Shown piece after piece: positions 1 through 12,466 of a stretch of 64,000 nt of DNA. The position numbers and the translations under genes are program-made. Every line of letters begins with the position of its first letter. The stretch's first letter is position 1. Under the pieces are notes generated by a model. That model was given only the letters and a program-made list of their open reading frames with translations. It did no database searches and was not told the DNA's origin. The stretch is taken from NCBI GenBank assembly GCA_964016885.1, contig OZ024742.1, positions 69,192,001 to 69,256,000 of the forward strand. The letters are read 5' to 3'. The DNA is from Eledone cirrhosa. Taxonomy: Eukaryota.

Positions 1-1643
1 CCATTCCGGACAGATCCATCTACGACAATCTCCATCTCATGCAATACATCTTAGAGAGGGTGGTTAAGGAACCTGGCACGGGTGGGGCTCAGATCAACTT
101 GGATCAATCTAAAGCATTTGATAGGGTCCACCATCACTACCTGGCTGCGGTCTTCGAGGCGGCCGGCTTCAGGCCCGTTTTTTGGGTCTGGATCGCTGCG
201 ATGCACAGCGACATCTGCTCGATTGTGAGGGTGAATGGTCACCTTTCGCAGCCTTTCAGCATCCTGCGCTCGGCTCTGGAGCGAGGTGACGAGCAAGGTG
301 GCCTCTCTTACCCAGAAATGGGCCGAGAGGAAGCTGTCCCTGAAAGGTCGGGAGGAGGTGGGGAATGCGTTCATCGCATCCGTCATCTGCTTTGCCCCGG
401 CCCAACTCTGACCCAAATGGTGCGCCTCCTCTTCCGCTTTTTATTGAAGGGACGTGCTCCCATGGTCAGACGATCCATTTGCTGTCAACACACGTTGCGT
501 GGAGGACTGGGCATGCTGTGGCTGATGATGCGCAAACACACGCTGAGGCTGCGACATCTATGGTGCTTCCTTGACGGTGAACAGGTGTGGTCACCGTTTG
601 CCAGACGTGTTTTTCCCCAGCTCGTCTCATTAACGAAGCTGCAGTCCTGGATCAAGAAAAGACCGAGGGATAGCGCTTGGAAGCTGGAATGTCTCCAAGC
701 GCTCACAGCCTTCTACCAGCTGGGCACTAGTATCGGTGGAACATCCACCTCAGCGTTCTATAGAGGACTAGTGGAGGGGAAGAGTGACGACGTTCTCGGG
801 AAGACCCTGGGCGTCGAAAACGATCAGCTGTTCGCTCTCTTCAAGAGAACTTTCAACCCGGGGCCTGTGGACAACTTCCCGAAATCCCTGGCCTGGCAGT
901 GCTACCGGGGAGCGTTTCCCGTTCGCGATAAGCTCTACTATCACGGAAGTGCCGTCAGTCGGACCTGTCCGAGATGCGCACAGAGCGACGAAACCGTTGT
1001 GCACGCACTCGTTCAGTGTCCGAACATTGCTGACTTGTGGAGCTATGTCGAACATTTGCTGTCACGTGTAGGACGGATCCGGTTATCGACTGAGTCCATT
1101 GTGCAGATAGCCTCGCCGTCCTCCTTTAAGGAGGAGGGAGGGCAGCCAGTTTTCATCTGCCTGGTGGTCATGGTGAAAGAGATGTATGGTGGACAAGGTT
1201 GAAAGGATTGAAGACGGACACTGTCCTCTTCGGCCAATCCCTCATTAACTTTTTCAAGTTTCACTTGAAGAGGAAAATCAGAGTGGAGAGACAAGTGATG
1301 TCTTCTAGTAAGTTTTTTGGAAGGTGGGTGAAAGTCGCGAGTCTGGTGCGAGTGAACGGGCCCGTTCTGAGTATGCGCCTGTAGATTGAGGAGTGGAAAA
1401 CTGAGAGGGCGCTTGCCCTGGTGGTCAGGGTAGCCGTGGTCTTTTATGTGGTTTTCGCCACGAGTGACCCTCGGAGGTTTCCCTTTTTTGGGGGAATTTT
1501 TGTTGTTTGAATTTTTTTGATTTCTACCCCGATTTTGTTATAACCTGTTAACACGACCAAAACCCACTTTGTATCGCCCTGTACTGTTCTGTGCAGTCTC
1601 TAATGTTTTTCTTCGTGTTAGCCCTTGTGGCCAATAAAGAAAC

Positions 1644-1644
<1 letters not shown>
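1..1644 (+). mobile_element. Tx1/L1-like non-LTR retrotransposon, degenerate 3' part (RT, zf-RVT-type CCHC, 3' UTR)
   Basis: ORF 39-1202 has the RT motif INLDQSKAFDRVHH, GGLG and the zinc knuckle CPRCAQSDETVVHALVQC. The frame continues in 1199-1384 after a shift. A T-rich 3' UTR ends with AATAAA at 1633-1638. Confidence 0.85.
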
Positions 1645-1678
<34 letters not shown>

Positions 1679-4600
1679 CTTGAATCTCAGTCATTGATGT
1701 TGGTTAACTGGAAAGTCCGTTGGAATGAATATCAAGCCACTACCTGCAGCCTCAGATATTCAGGACGTATCGGAGGGTTCTTGCTGTTCCCAGGAAGCAT
1801 GCCTTTTGAAGAGTTCCAAAAAGCGTGAAGGGGCCAATTTTCTTTAACCATCCCTGGAAACTTTTTGAGATAGTCCCTAGTGCGCCTATGACAATCGGGA
1901 TCACTTTGACTTCATGGCAGTTCCAAATTCTTTTTACCTCCCACTTTAAGTCCTGGTATCGGTTAATTTTCTCCCTCTCCTTCTCTTGCACTCTCGTGTC
2001 GAATGGGCAGGCCACATCCACAATCAGACACGATCTTTTTTCTTTGACCACAACCAGCAGGTCAGGTCTATTGTGTTCCAGTTTTTTGTCCGTCTGTATC
2101 CTAAAATCCCACAGCACCTTCACCTGATCGTTCTCCATCACCGCCTCTGGCCTATGCTCATACCATTTCTCAGAATGTGGTAAATTGTTTACTTTGCACA
2201 GGTGCCAGTGGATCAACCTACCCATCACATCATGTCTCCAGCCCTTATAGTGGGTCTGGGCTAGGTGTTTACACTCGGATACAATGTGAGCCACAGTCTC
2301 CTCTCTCTCTCCACAGATCCTGCACAGTGGGCTAGCCTCCTCCTTGTAAATATGGTGTTTCAACCACTTCGTTTTGAGGGCCTGCTCCTGCGCAGCCATT
2401 AACATTCTTTCTGTAGCCTTTTTGAGGTCTCCTCTTCTCAACCAGTTCCATGTCTGTGGATCTCTAAATTCAGTTTTCTGAAAGAAGGTACTATGAAGGG
2501 ATTTTCCCTGAAGGCTGCTCTTTCTCCTTGATGTTATTTCCTCCTTGGACATCCCCTGGCCTATTGTCCCCTCCTTCAGTACAGTTCTGAGCATTGGCTC
2601 CTTACTATCAGTCACGTATTTGTATAGGTTGTTTTTCTCCATCTGAACACAGTCCTCTATGCTGATGAGACCTCTTCCACCCTCAGATCTCCTTAGGTAG
2701 AGTCTATTGACATCACTCCTCTTGTGGAACATGTTGTAGATAGTCAATAGCTTCCTAGTCTTCCTATCCATTTCTTTTTGTTCAGCAACATTCCATCTCA
2801 GAATTCCCGCACTGTACCTAATAATAGACACAGCTCGGGAATTTACTGCGCTTATGGCATTTCTGCTGTTCAGATGTGACTTCAATACGCTCCTTACTCT
2901 CCGAATGTATTCAGTTCTTAACAATTCCTTCATTTTTTTGTTCTTTATGCCATCAGCCTCCAGAACGCCCAAATACTTGTATCCTTCCTCAGAGTCAATT
3001 TCCTTTGTCATCTCACCTGTTGGTATCTGGATTCCGTTACTTCTGCTCAACCTACCCCTCCTCATCACAATGACTCCACACTTACTAATACCAAACTGCA
3101 TACATATATCATTGCTGAAAATACGGACAGTGTCAACAAGCACATCCAACTCCTTCTCACTCTTCCCGAAGAGCTTAAGATCGTCCATGAAGAGGAGGTG
3201 ATTGATGGTAAGCTCTCCCTTTCCCAACTTGTATCCTGCTCTCACTTTTCGCAGCATAATGGTCAAGGGCATCAGGGCAAGGACAAACAACAGAGGGGAC
3301 AGGCTATCTCCCTGGAAGATACCTCTCTTGATCTTCACGCTTCCCAAGGATTCTCCAGTTGATGTCAACTCTGTCTCCCAGGACCCCATACTCCTGCCCA
3401 GCAACTGTCTGATGTTATCTGCCACCTTGAAGATCTCCAGGCTTTTGGTGATCCAAGAATGCCTTTCTGTAGTCTATCCATCCCATGGCAAGATCAGTGT
3501 GTATCCTCCTGCAATTCCCCATTACCATCTTATCAATAAGTAACTGGTCCTTTGTACCACGTGACTTCTTTCGGCATCCTTTCTGTTCGTCCGGTAACAA
3601 GTTGTTTGTGTGGAGGTGATGGTAGATTTCCTCAGACACAATGCTCGTCAACAGTTTCCACATTACGGACAGACATGTGATAGGTCTATAGTTGGTAACA
3701 TCATTACCCTTGATTCGGTCTTTCATTATCAGAACTGTGGTACCTTTTGTCAACCACTCTGGCACCTCACCCGACACCAAGCAGTCATTGAACATGGCTC
3801 TCCGTTTCGGGTGGAGGGATGTTAAATTTTTAATCCAATACCCCTGCACACCATCTGGGCCTGGTGATTCCCAGTTGGTTAGTTTTTTGGCCTGCCCCTT
3901 AAGAGTTTCAACTGTGATACTCAAATCAGTTTGTTGGTGTGCCTGCTCACCGATCTCCCTCTGTACTGTCTCAATCCACCCTGCCTGGTCATTATGTCTA
4001 ACATCCTGCTCCCATATTCCTCTCCAGAATGTTTTAGTTTGTTCCGCCTCACGGATCAAGTCGTTGCCTCTTTCTTTCCCCTCAAGCTGTCCAAACAGCA
4101 TCTTCTGGTTGTTGTCGAACATGCGGTTCTGTTTATACTGACTGACTCTGTTCTCGTATCGCCTGATTTTTGCACTCTTTGCTACAATGCGTTGCTTCAG
4201 TTCCTCTATGATAATATTTAGCTTTTTGCTCCTAGTTTTGTACTTTATTTTCAGTCTATTTTTAGTGCCTATGTTTTTTAGTGTCCCATTCAGTAGTGAC
4301 TCAAGCTTTCCTATGTCATTTCTCATTTCCCTGATTTGACCACTCAGTCGTTTCTTCCACCAAGGCTCTGCTCTTTCCTGTCTGTTGTTTCCGCTCGCTT
4401 TTATACCAAGTAGTTTCCTCACCGTATTTGCTGTTGCTTTGAGGATATTGTTGCACTGGTGAAGGCTCCTCGCCTCAAGGTATGGGATGACTTTGTTTAC
4501 CTTAGCTGTTGTTTCTTTTAACTTTTTCCTGTCTACAAATCTTAGGTTCATAGGTCTCCCACTATCATTGTTCAATTCATCTACCACTAAATTTAGGATG

Positions 4601-5280
4601 TCAACCGAATCTTGTCCTAGCCCGTCAGCATTCATCTCCTCAGTGGCCGTATCTCTGTTCCAGGTATTATTTATCTCAGTATTCAGATCATTGTCTGCTT
4701 CGGGTGGTTCCTCCGTTCTCTCGACCTCTTCACCTTCATTTCCCACTGGCTCGTTTGTCTGGCATACTACACCCTCCATCTCCAAGCTATTCTCTCTGCT
4801 CAGTTCCTCCAGTTCCAGCTCGCTTATCCACCCATTAGTTCTTATTACCCAGCCTGCCCGGCCAATTTTTGTTCATCTAATTTAAATAGACCAATCTCGT
4901 TCCAGATGTTATGCATCCGTCTCCTATAGCCCCTCTCCTTGGGGTTACTTTTCAGGTAACATTGCATAACAGTTCTATTCAATTCTTTCGTCCAGTTGGT
5001 TCTGGCCCCTTTCCTTCTTCTTCTTCCTCCAACACCAGCAGTATTTGGTTGACAGTCAGGTTCCTGCTGCTGAGCCAGGGAGCACCTGTTGGGTGAGAGT
5101 CTGTCACATGACGTTCTAGTCTCCATTTCACCGTTATTCGAACTGTTTAGGTTCGATATTTAAACACTCTTATCGAGGCTTGGCGAATGTATGGTTACAT
5201 AGCCATCTGTGGATTCACCGTCTCCGGTGGTTGCGCCGCTCCACTTGGCTCTTGTGTGGCATTATCACCACGCTGTAGAC
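1645..5280 (-). mobile_element. R4/Dong-clade RLE non-LTR retrotransposon, near full length, inserted at (TAA)n
   Basis: ORFs 4845-5126, 3415-4785 and 1752-3425 form one frameshifted polyprotein: Myb-like N-terminus (WTKELN..GYRRRM), SPGPDG, NYRPITCL, GIFQGDSLSP, HLLFMDDLKL, CCHC (CRICGEREETVAHIVSEC) and RLE (RPDLLVV..IVDVACPFD). The 3' end abuts (TAA)n at 1645-1677. Confidence 0.92.
1752..5126 (-). pseudogene. RT-RLE polyprotein of the R4/Dong element, two frameshifts (~4850 and ~3460)
   Basis: Collinear domains across three ORFs; no in-frame stops within each segment. Confidence 0.88.
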
Positions 5281-6387
5281 GAATACAAATAAACAAACAA
5301 ACACACGGGCAGAAAAACACCCCAAAATGAATAAGCATAAGTCTCATTGTAATGTAGTGTTCGAATGTCTGACTTAGTTTTTCCCTTCTCTTCTCTGTCC
5401 GTCCGCTTGTTTCTCTCTTCATTCTTATTTTCTTTACGTTTTTTTTTTGTTTGTTTTTTTTTGTTTTGTTTGTTTTTTGTTTTTGTTTTTCTCTGTTTGT
5501 TTTTCTCGTTTTTTGCTGTTGTTGCTGTGCTGCTTTGGTTTTGATGTTTGTTTTTTCTTTTTTCTTTTGAGTCTATCTATATATTTTGATGCCTTCCTCT
5601 TTTTTAGTAGGAATTCTATAATGTGGTGGCAGCAACTAGCAGGAAGCAATGGGAGAGAATAGCGGCGGTAGCGATACTGAGACAGTGGTGGTGGTGATGT
5701 CGATACCGAGGCAGTGGTGGTGGTGATGTGATCGTATTACTGTAGTGATGGTGTTGTAGCGGTGGTAGCAATGAAGGAGTGGTGGCGGCGGTGATGGGAT
5801 AGTGGTAGTAATGATGGCAGTAGTGATGGTGTTGTAGCGGTGGTAGCAATGAAGGACTGATGTCCGTTCGGTGAATCTATGGGGTTAGTCGCGTATATGT
5901 GTTGACCTAAATTGTTGGCCTTGTAGAAGATCACGCCACCTATCTTTGACTTTGGAAGCAGTCGATTAACTGCCCTTAGTTCTGACGTCACCCTCTGACG
6001 TCAGTAACGGAATACACTCTCCTTCCGACTTTGTGTGTTGATGCGAGCAGACGCATTTCACTGTGGCGAAACAGCGATATCACACCATGCGGTCACGGGA
6101 TATTTGATCACCGCCACGAAATGATAATTACGAATTACCAATCTAGGAGCAACTGATATGATAACCTGTTTTGTTTATTGCTCTGATTAAAATGCTCATG
6201 TACATATAATCTCGAGGTATGTTCTTTTTGTTTAATTGTTTACCTACACCTAACAACAAATAGAAGAGATTTTCTAGCAGCGAAGCTAAGGAAACGAACT
6301 CCCCTCTAAATCGTAAAACAACGCAGCCTTCTAAAACAACGCAGCCTTCTAACGCCTTGTGCCTATATCAGACACCATTATTATTAA

Positions 6388-6817
6388 GGGCAGTGAATTG
6401 GCAGAGTCGTTGGGGCGTCAGATAACATGCTTTACAACATAGAGTTATGTCCCTTTACGTTGAGTTCAAATCCCGGCGAAGTTAGCTTTGCCTTTAATCC
6501 TTACGAGGTCGATAAAAAATGTACCAGTAAAGCAATGGGGTCGATTTAATTGACTTTTCCCTTCCCCAAATTGCTGGCCTTGTGCCAAATGTTGAAGCAA
6601 TAGGGGCGTGGATTAGCAATATCAGTAAAGTGTTGGACACTATGCTTTTCAGCATAGAGTTACTGCCCTTTACGTTCTATGGAGATTAGTTTTGCCTTTC
6701 ATCCTTACGCAGTTGATAGAATAAAGTACCAGTAATGCACTGGGGTCGATTTAATCCACGTTCCCCTCCCCCAAAATTGCTGGCCTTGTGCCTATATAAG
6801 AAACCATTATTATTATT
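6388..6817 (+). mobile_element. Two tandem tRNA-derived Meta-domain SINEs
   Basis: A-box TGGCAGAGTCG and B-box GAGTTCAAATCC, then the Meta-like core TTTGCCTTTCATCCTTACG.GGTCGATAAAATAAAGTACCAG, and the 3' end GGCCTTGTGCC...GAAACC(ATT)n. The second copy has lost its B-box. Confidence 0.85.
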
Positions 6818-8435
6818 GCTTCTTCGCTCAGCTTCTACCGCTGGAGATCTATTACAGTGGTAGCTGTCCACTACCAGTGAACTGAGGTAACATCCCTTAT
6901 TTTTCTAGTACCCTCGGGAGTATTGGAGCTGTTCCAAGCAACGCTGTTTTTTGTAAGTGTTACATATGTATTTCAATCCCTATTTTTTTAATGTACTTCT
7001 CAAGATCTTTACTCGCTATTCTCAAGATTCCAACTATTATTGGTAATACCACCACCTATTTCAATGTCCATAACTGTTTAATCTCCCAAGCTAACCTGTA
7101 ATATCTATCAATTTGTTTTCCTTCTTTATCGCATACCATGTAATCAGCTGGACAGGTTATATATATGATCCAACACTGTTTGCTTTCTTTCTCAATTAAT
7201 ACAGTATCTTGTTTCCTATGCTCAACTGCTTACACTGCTTACACTGTATCACAAAGTCACCCAAGATCTTTGCATAATCATTTTCGATAATGCCCTCTGA
7301 GTTATGTTCGTACCAATTTTCTGCTCTGTCAAGTGTATATTTGCCACAAAATACCCAATGGACTATCCTTGCTATGTTGTCGTAACGACTCTTATATTCT
7401 TTCTGAGCTAGTGGTGTGCATTGATTGGTAATATTCCATATAATTTCTCCATTGATGCCACAAATTCTACACGTATCCCTTTCTGGTGTGTGGTCTACTC
7501 TATACTTGAAGTAGTTAGTTCTTCGTGCTTGTTCTGGAGCAGCACTGATTAAGTCTCCGGTTTCCGGCTTTAGATCACTTTTAGCCATTCATAACCACCC
7601 CTTTTCTCTGTTTGTCATATCTACAACATCTCTATGGAATCTTCTATTTTGCACATCACTGACATTTTTACTTCCAGGAACAGCGGTTCTGTGGAAAGTT
7701 TTGTGTTATTTTCTTCTGTTCTAAAGCTGTCTTCGCAACCCATCAGTCCTCTTGCTCTCTTTTTTTTCTTGGTGCATATAATCTGCCTGTATCGCTCTTT
7801 CTTGTCTTTCGGTCTAAACAATTTAGCACTTCCACTGTCCACGTGATCACTCCACCCCATATCTAAGGAGTGATACCACACCTCTATTGATAGCTTCCAT
7901 CTTATTTCATACATTCAGTTTCGACTTGAAAATAAGTCTCAGTCAGCGCATGTATTCCACCTTAACATTTTCTTTCATTTCCTCCTGCATTATCTTATCA
8001 ACTTCCAATATTCCTAAGTACTTAGAACCTTCCTCTTCTATTTGCTTCATAACTGTTCCTGATTACAGCACCAACCTCTCAATGCTTTTAATTTTGCTTC
8101 TGTTCAAGATTAACACACGGCACTTTTTTAATCCGAACTCCATTCTGATATTAGCACTAAATGTATATACTGTATCAACGAGGGAACCAAGCTGGGATTC
8201 ATTCTTACCATAAATATTGAAGTCTCCCTTGAATAATAAGTGGTTCATTTTTTGCTGACGACTTTTGAATTCATACCCAGCCTTAACTTTTCTCAAAATC
8301 ATTGTAAGTGGTATCATACACAGTACAAATATCAGTAGTGACAAGAGAATACACCTCTCTTGATTGCTTTCATATGCTGTCAGTTCAGTCTCCCACACTT
8401 ACATATTTTTCCTTTAGAATCGAATTCTGACAGCC
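6818..8435 (-). mobile_element. Second, older and degenerate R4/Dong retrotransposon fragment
   Basis: ORF fragments 8063-8398 (MNHLLFKGDF, EFGLKKC), 7621-7914 and 7196-7588 (CRICGINGE, WYEH) are collinear with the first Dong element. The C-terminus QKTALLGTAPILPRVLEK lies near 6900-6955, and the element ends at a (TAA)n tract. Confidence 0.85.
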
Positions 8436-8740
8436 ATTTTTTTTGTTCGATTTCTACTTATTCTCTTCATTTCTACTCTTGTTGCAAATGTCTGTCAGCC
8501 TGGTTCAACCTATAAATTTAACACCATTTTCAAAATGGAAATGATAGATCATAATAAAATGAAAGAAAAATATTTAAAAATGAAAATCAATTCAGAAATT
8601 CGAAATAATATATTCACATGAAGTGCATGTGGTTCGTTGGAAGAAAATATGCAGCATGGGTGAAAAATGAAATCAACACGAGTAATTATGAGCCGAACAA
8701 TCAGAGCAACACAGAAAGTATAAAAATGATTTTATGGTGG

Positions 8741-9000
8741 TAACAAAATTAAATTAAAGATGTCATGTCTGAGAATATAAGAAAAATGCGCCATATCACC
8801 TGTAGAATAAGCTTAAAGATTCCAAGGAATAAATCTGAGCATTTATTAACATTAAACTAAAAGTCGATTGACATATATATATAAAATAAACATATCAGAC
8901 AATTACAGGAGATAATTTATAACGGAGGTAACATATTAAAAATTAATGAGAACCTTGAATATAGATACCTTGCAATAATGATTAATCTCCTTTGTATATC
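8741..9000 (+). repeat. ~260-bp direct repeat, copy 1 (copy 2 at ~13305-13578)
   Basis: TAACAAAATTAAATTAAAGATGT.ATGTCTGAGAATA...GATTAATCTCCTTTGTATAT occurs at both positions with scattered differences. Confidence 0.8.
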
Positions 9001-9288
9001 TCCTTATAATATATAAGCAGCAATTTCTCTGTCTGTCTGTCCGACAGTGGAAACACGTGCGCGCGTGGTTGCTATCTCTCTCTCTCTCCAGCTATCCCTC
9101 TCTTTTAGTCTGTCTGTTTCTCTCACTCTCACTCTTTCTCATTGTAACACACTAACATTCCTCCCCTCTATCGCTGTAACGAATGGGGAGATGGAAGAGG
9201 AGGAGGAGAGAGTCACTTCGTCACTTCGTCACTTCACCTCTGCCTTTCTTTCTCTCCCCTCTCACTCCCTCATTACGTACATACATTA

Positions 9289-9482
9289 GGGCGGTGGATT
9301 GGCAGAATCTGTAGAGAGTCGGACACCATGCTTCATAGCATGGAGTTACGTCCCTTTACGGTCTGAGTTCAAATACCGCCAACGTTAACTTTGCCTTTCA
9401 TCCTCACGGGGTCGATAAAATAAAGTACCAGTAATATACTGGGTAATTGCTGGCCTTGTGCCAAAAGTAGAAACAATTATTA
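9289..9482 (+). mobile_element. Meta-domain tRNA-derived SINE, full length
   Basis: GGGCGGTGGATTGGCAGAAT...GAGTTCAAATACC...CTTTGCCTTTCATCC...GTAGAAACAATTATT. Confidence 0.85.
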
Positions 9483-9626
9483 GAAACATTGCTTCATTTT
9501 TACATATCTAAGCATTAGTAAAATAACTAATAATTTCAAAAGTAATTTTTCAATTCCAATTGTTATGAACAGCAAAACATTAATAATAATTTTGATCTAA
9601 GAAATATATATACATTTCTGTGTGTG

Positions 9627-9671
<45 letters not shown>

Positions 9672-9744
9672 GAAATATATATACATTTCTGTGTGTGTAA
9701 TATATATATAGACTAGAACTGCTTCATTCTTGAGAAATCACCAG

Positions 9745-9789
<45 letters not shown>

Positions 9790-9791
9790 TT

Positions 9792-9842
9792 AGTTTCAGA
9801 AGATCCCGTTAAGGGTGAAAGCAGCGATTCTTTGCTTAAACT
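9792..9842 (+). ncRNA. Type I hammerhead-ribozyme motif with a variant core; degenerate inverted copy at 12001-12051
   Basis: AGUUU-CAGAAGA-UCCC GUUAA GGGU-GAAA-GCA..UGC-UU-AAACU. Stems I, II and III pair; the core has U>A. Confidence 0.55.
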
Positions 9843-9853
9843 TTAATCTTTTA

Positions 9854-9898
<45 letters not shown>

Positions 9899-10438
9899 GT
9901 ACGTATGTAATATATTAATAATATATATATAATGTATGTATATATAGTATATATATATATGTTAGTAAATACGAAGAAATATTTATACTATTCCACACAT
10001 ATAATATATATGTTATGTCGTCGACCACTGATTCCAACAACCAGCGTTCTAGGCCAGAACGTGACACCTGCGTTCCCAGCCATGGCACGCGCGACCTTGG
10101 AGTAGTTACCATGGAGATCTAGCCAGACACAGCCGAGTTCTTTGAATTTACAGACGACAACTTTAAGACTGGCTTTTGGTGTTTTAACCAACTCACTGGG
10201 GCTGAGCATATAATATATATATATATGTGTGTGTGTGTTATATGTGTGTGTATGCGTGTGTGTGTGTGTTATATGTGTGTGTATGCGTGTGTGTGTGTGT
10301 ATTATATGTGTGTGTTATATGTGTGTGTGTATGTGTGTGTGTATGTGTGTGCGTGTGTGTGTTATATATGTGTGTGTGTGTATGTGTGTGCGTGTGTGTG
10401 TTTTATATATGGGTGTGTGTTATATGCGTGTGTGTGTG

Positions 10439-10469
<31 letters not shown>

Positions 10470-10698
10470 ATATATATATATATATATTATATATATATAT
10501 TATATATGTATATTATGTGTGTCTCTCTATATATATACATATATATAGGTTTAAGTGTGTATGTGCGTGTGTATGTGTGTGTTAGCGTGTGTGCATATGT
10601 GCGTATGTATGAGTGTGTGTATGGTATGTGTGTGTTAGCGTATGTGTCTGTATGCGTGTGTGTCTGTCTGTGCGTGTGTCTGTGTGCATCTGTGTAAG

Positions 10699-10733
<35 letters not shown>

Positions 10734-11375
10734 AGGAATTCATAAGTTTCCTAAAATATGTCTGTATGCTTAATTTTTCTTAAAAATTATAAACTGGTTC
10801 TTCCTGTCAGAGATAATAATCTGATTTGAGAATAATGCATCTCAAAATATGAACATGGGTGTATATATATATATGTATGTGTGTGTGTGTCTGTGTTTGT
10901 GTTTGTGTGTTTGTGTTTGTGTTAAATATATATCGACTAGCAGAAAACCACCCACCGGGTGGTTTTCTGCTAGTCTATATATATAAAACTGAGCTTGTCT
11001 GTCTGTCTATCTGTCTACTAAAACGGTCGGCACACATCTCCTCTTAAACCGTACGTTCAAAATTCGGTGAAATTACTACACTTATAGATGAAGGTTCGGC
11101 AGAGACATCGGTCAAAAAATTTTCAAATCGACCCACGCCAAGTGCAAAAATCGAATTTGTAATGTATTGATTTTTCAGTTCAAATGTATAAATAGAGATG
11201 AGAGACGAGTTATTTCCCTTTTAAGGCGTTATTTGTTTATCTATTTACGTTACGAATAAACTACGCGTACAAAAATACGCGAACAGTTTTCGGGCCTGCA
11301 AAATTCATGAGTTCGAAGTTTCAACATTAAGCTTCCATTTTGCTTCATTTCCATTAAAAAGTCTTTTAAAACAAT

Positions 11376-11440
11376 ATTCCAGCGCATCAGCGTCGCCATC
11401 ACCCGAGGCAGCGCTGCGAGTGTGTTGGCTTGCCTCAAAA
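11376..11440 (+). mobile_element. CRE-like non-LTR retrotransposon, extreme C-terminal fragment
   Basis: Translates as FQRISVAITRGSAASVLACL, matching the C-terminus of the CRE-like ORF at 63543-63875. Confidence 0.6.
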
Positions 11441-12361
11441 TTAGAGAGGTTGCCCAGTACTCGCGATGTTGCTGACTTTTGCTCTGGTGTTGGCTCCGTT
11501 GTTCACCCCTTCCTTTGCATTTTCTTTAATATTGTAGTTTATGTATATATTTAAAATATATTTGTTACGTTATTCTACTGTAAATGTATTTATATGCTCT
11601 GTTTATACCCTCAAAAATCTATGAAACTACATACATGTTGCAACTCTCTCTCTCTATATATATCACACACACACACACACATATACATATACCTCTAAAG
11701 AGTGAAAGAGATATATATATATAGAGAGAGTGAGATAGGTTGTTATACAGAGAGAGGTACAAGATAATCAGATGGACAGACAGAGAGAGAGAGAGAGAAT
11801 GGCGACGAACGCTGGTTCACACTCACACAAACACATATATATATATATAAAGACAGAGAGAGAGAGAGATCTGCGCGTTCTTTATTGTTCTCCATTCTGC
11901 AGGAGGAAGAGAGAGAGAGGAGGTATGAGTGAGTGAGAGAGAGAGTGAAAGAGAGAGAGAGGGTATCAGAAAAAAGGGAGAGAGGTTGAGAAAGAAAGAA
12001 AGTTTAAGCAAAGAATCGCTGCTGTCAACATTAACGGGATCTTCTTAAACTAATAAATGCTATCTGTGGATGCAGAAGTAAATATTTCGAGAAACGTTGC
12101 AACCGAAGGAAAACAGGAAGACCATATTTTTGTTCGTGAAGACGTTCCCTGGTAATGAACGGAAAAAAAGCGAGGATAATACGTCGTTATGTGGACCGAG
12201 AAGAACAATTTCATGCAAAGACAAGACAAAGTTTATGATGTAAATGGAGTCGTTACACTAATATTCTATTTAAAATAACCGAATGATTTCCAGCCCCGGA
12301 GTTTAAGAATAATGTAAATAAAATTGTAAACGAAAATGACAGAGGTTATTAAAATAGTTAT

Positions 12362-12466
12362 TTCTACTTTAGGCACAAGGCCAGCAAATACCTAGTACAT
12401 TACGGGTACTTTATTTTATCGACCCCGTAAGGATGAAAGGCAAAGTTAACCTCGACGGGATTTTAA
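12362..12466 (-). mobile_element. Meta-domain SINE, 3' half
   Basis: Reverse complement of the SINE core and 3' end. Confidence 0.8.

Noticed and set aside
1825-4885. Plus-strand ORFs overlapping the Dong element
   Set aside because: They are antisense shadows of the RT-RLE ORF with no independent motifs.
5434-5860. Lys-rich and His/Thr-rich ORFs
   Set aside because: They derive from T-rich and (GGT/GAT)n low-complexity sequence with a short internal duplication.
6040-6095. Hammerhead-like motif on the minus strand (GCUGU UUCGCC ACAGU GAAA UGCG UC)
   Set aside because: No recognisable CUGANGA core. Similar weak candidates at ~23158-23197 and ~58110-58170 were also left uncalled.
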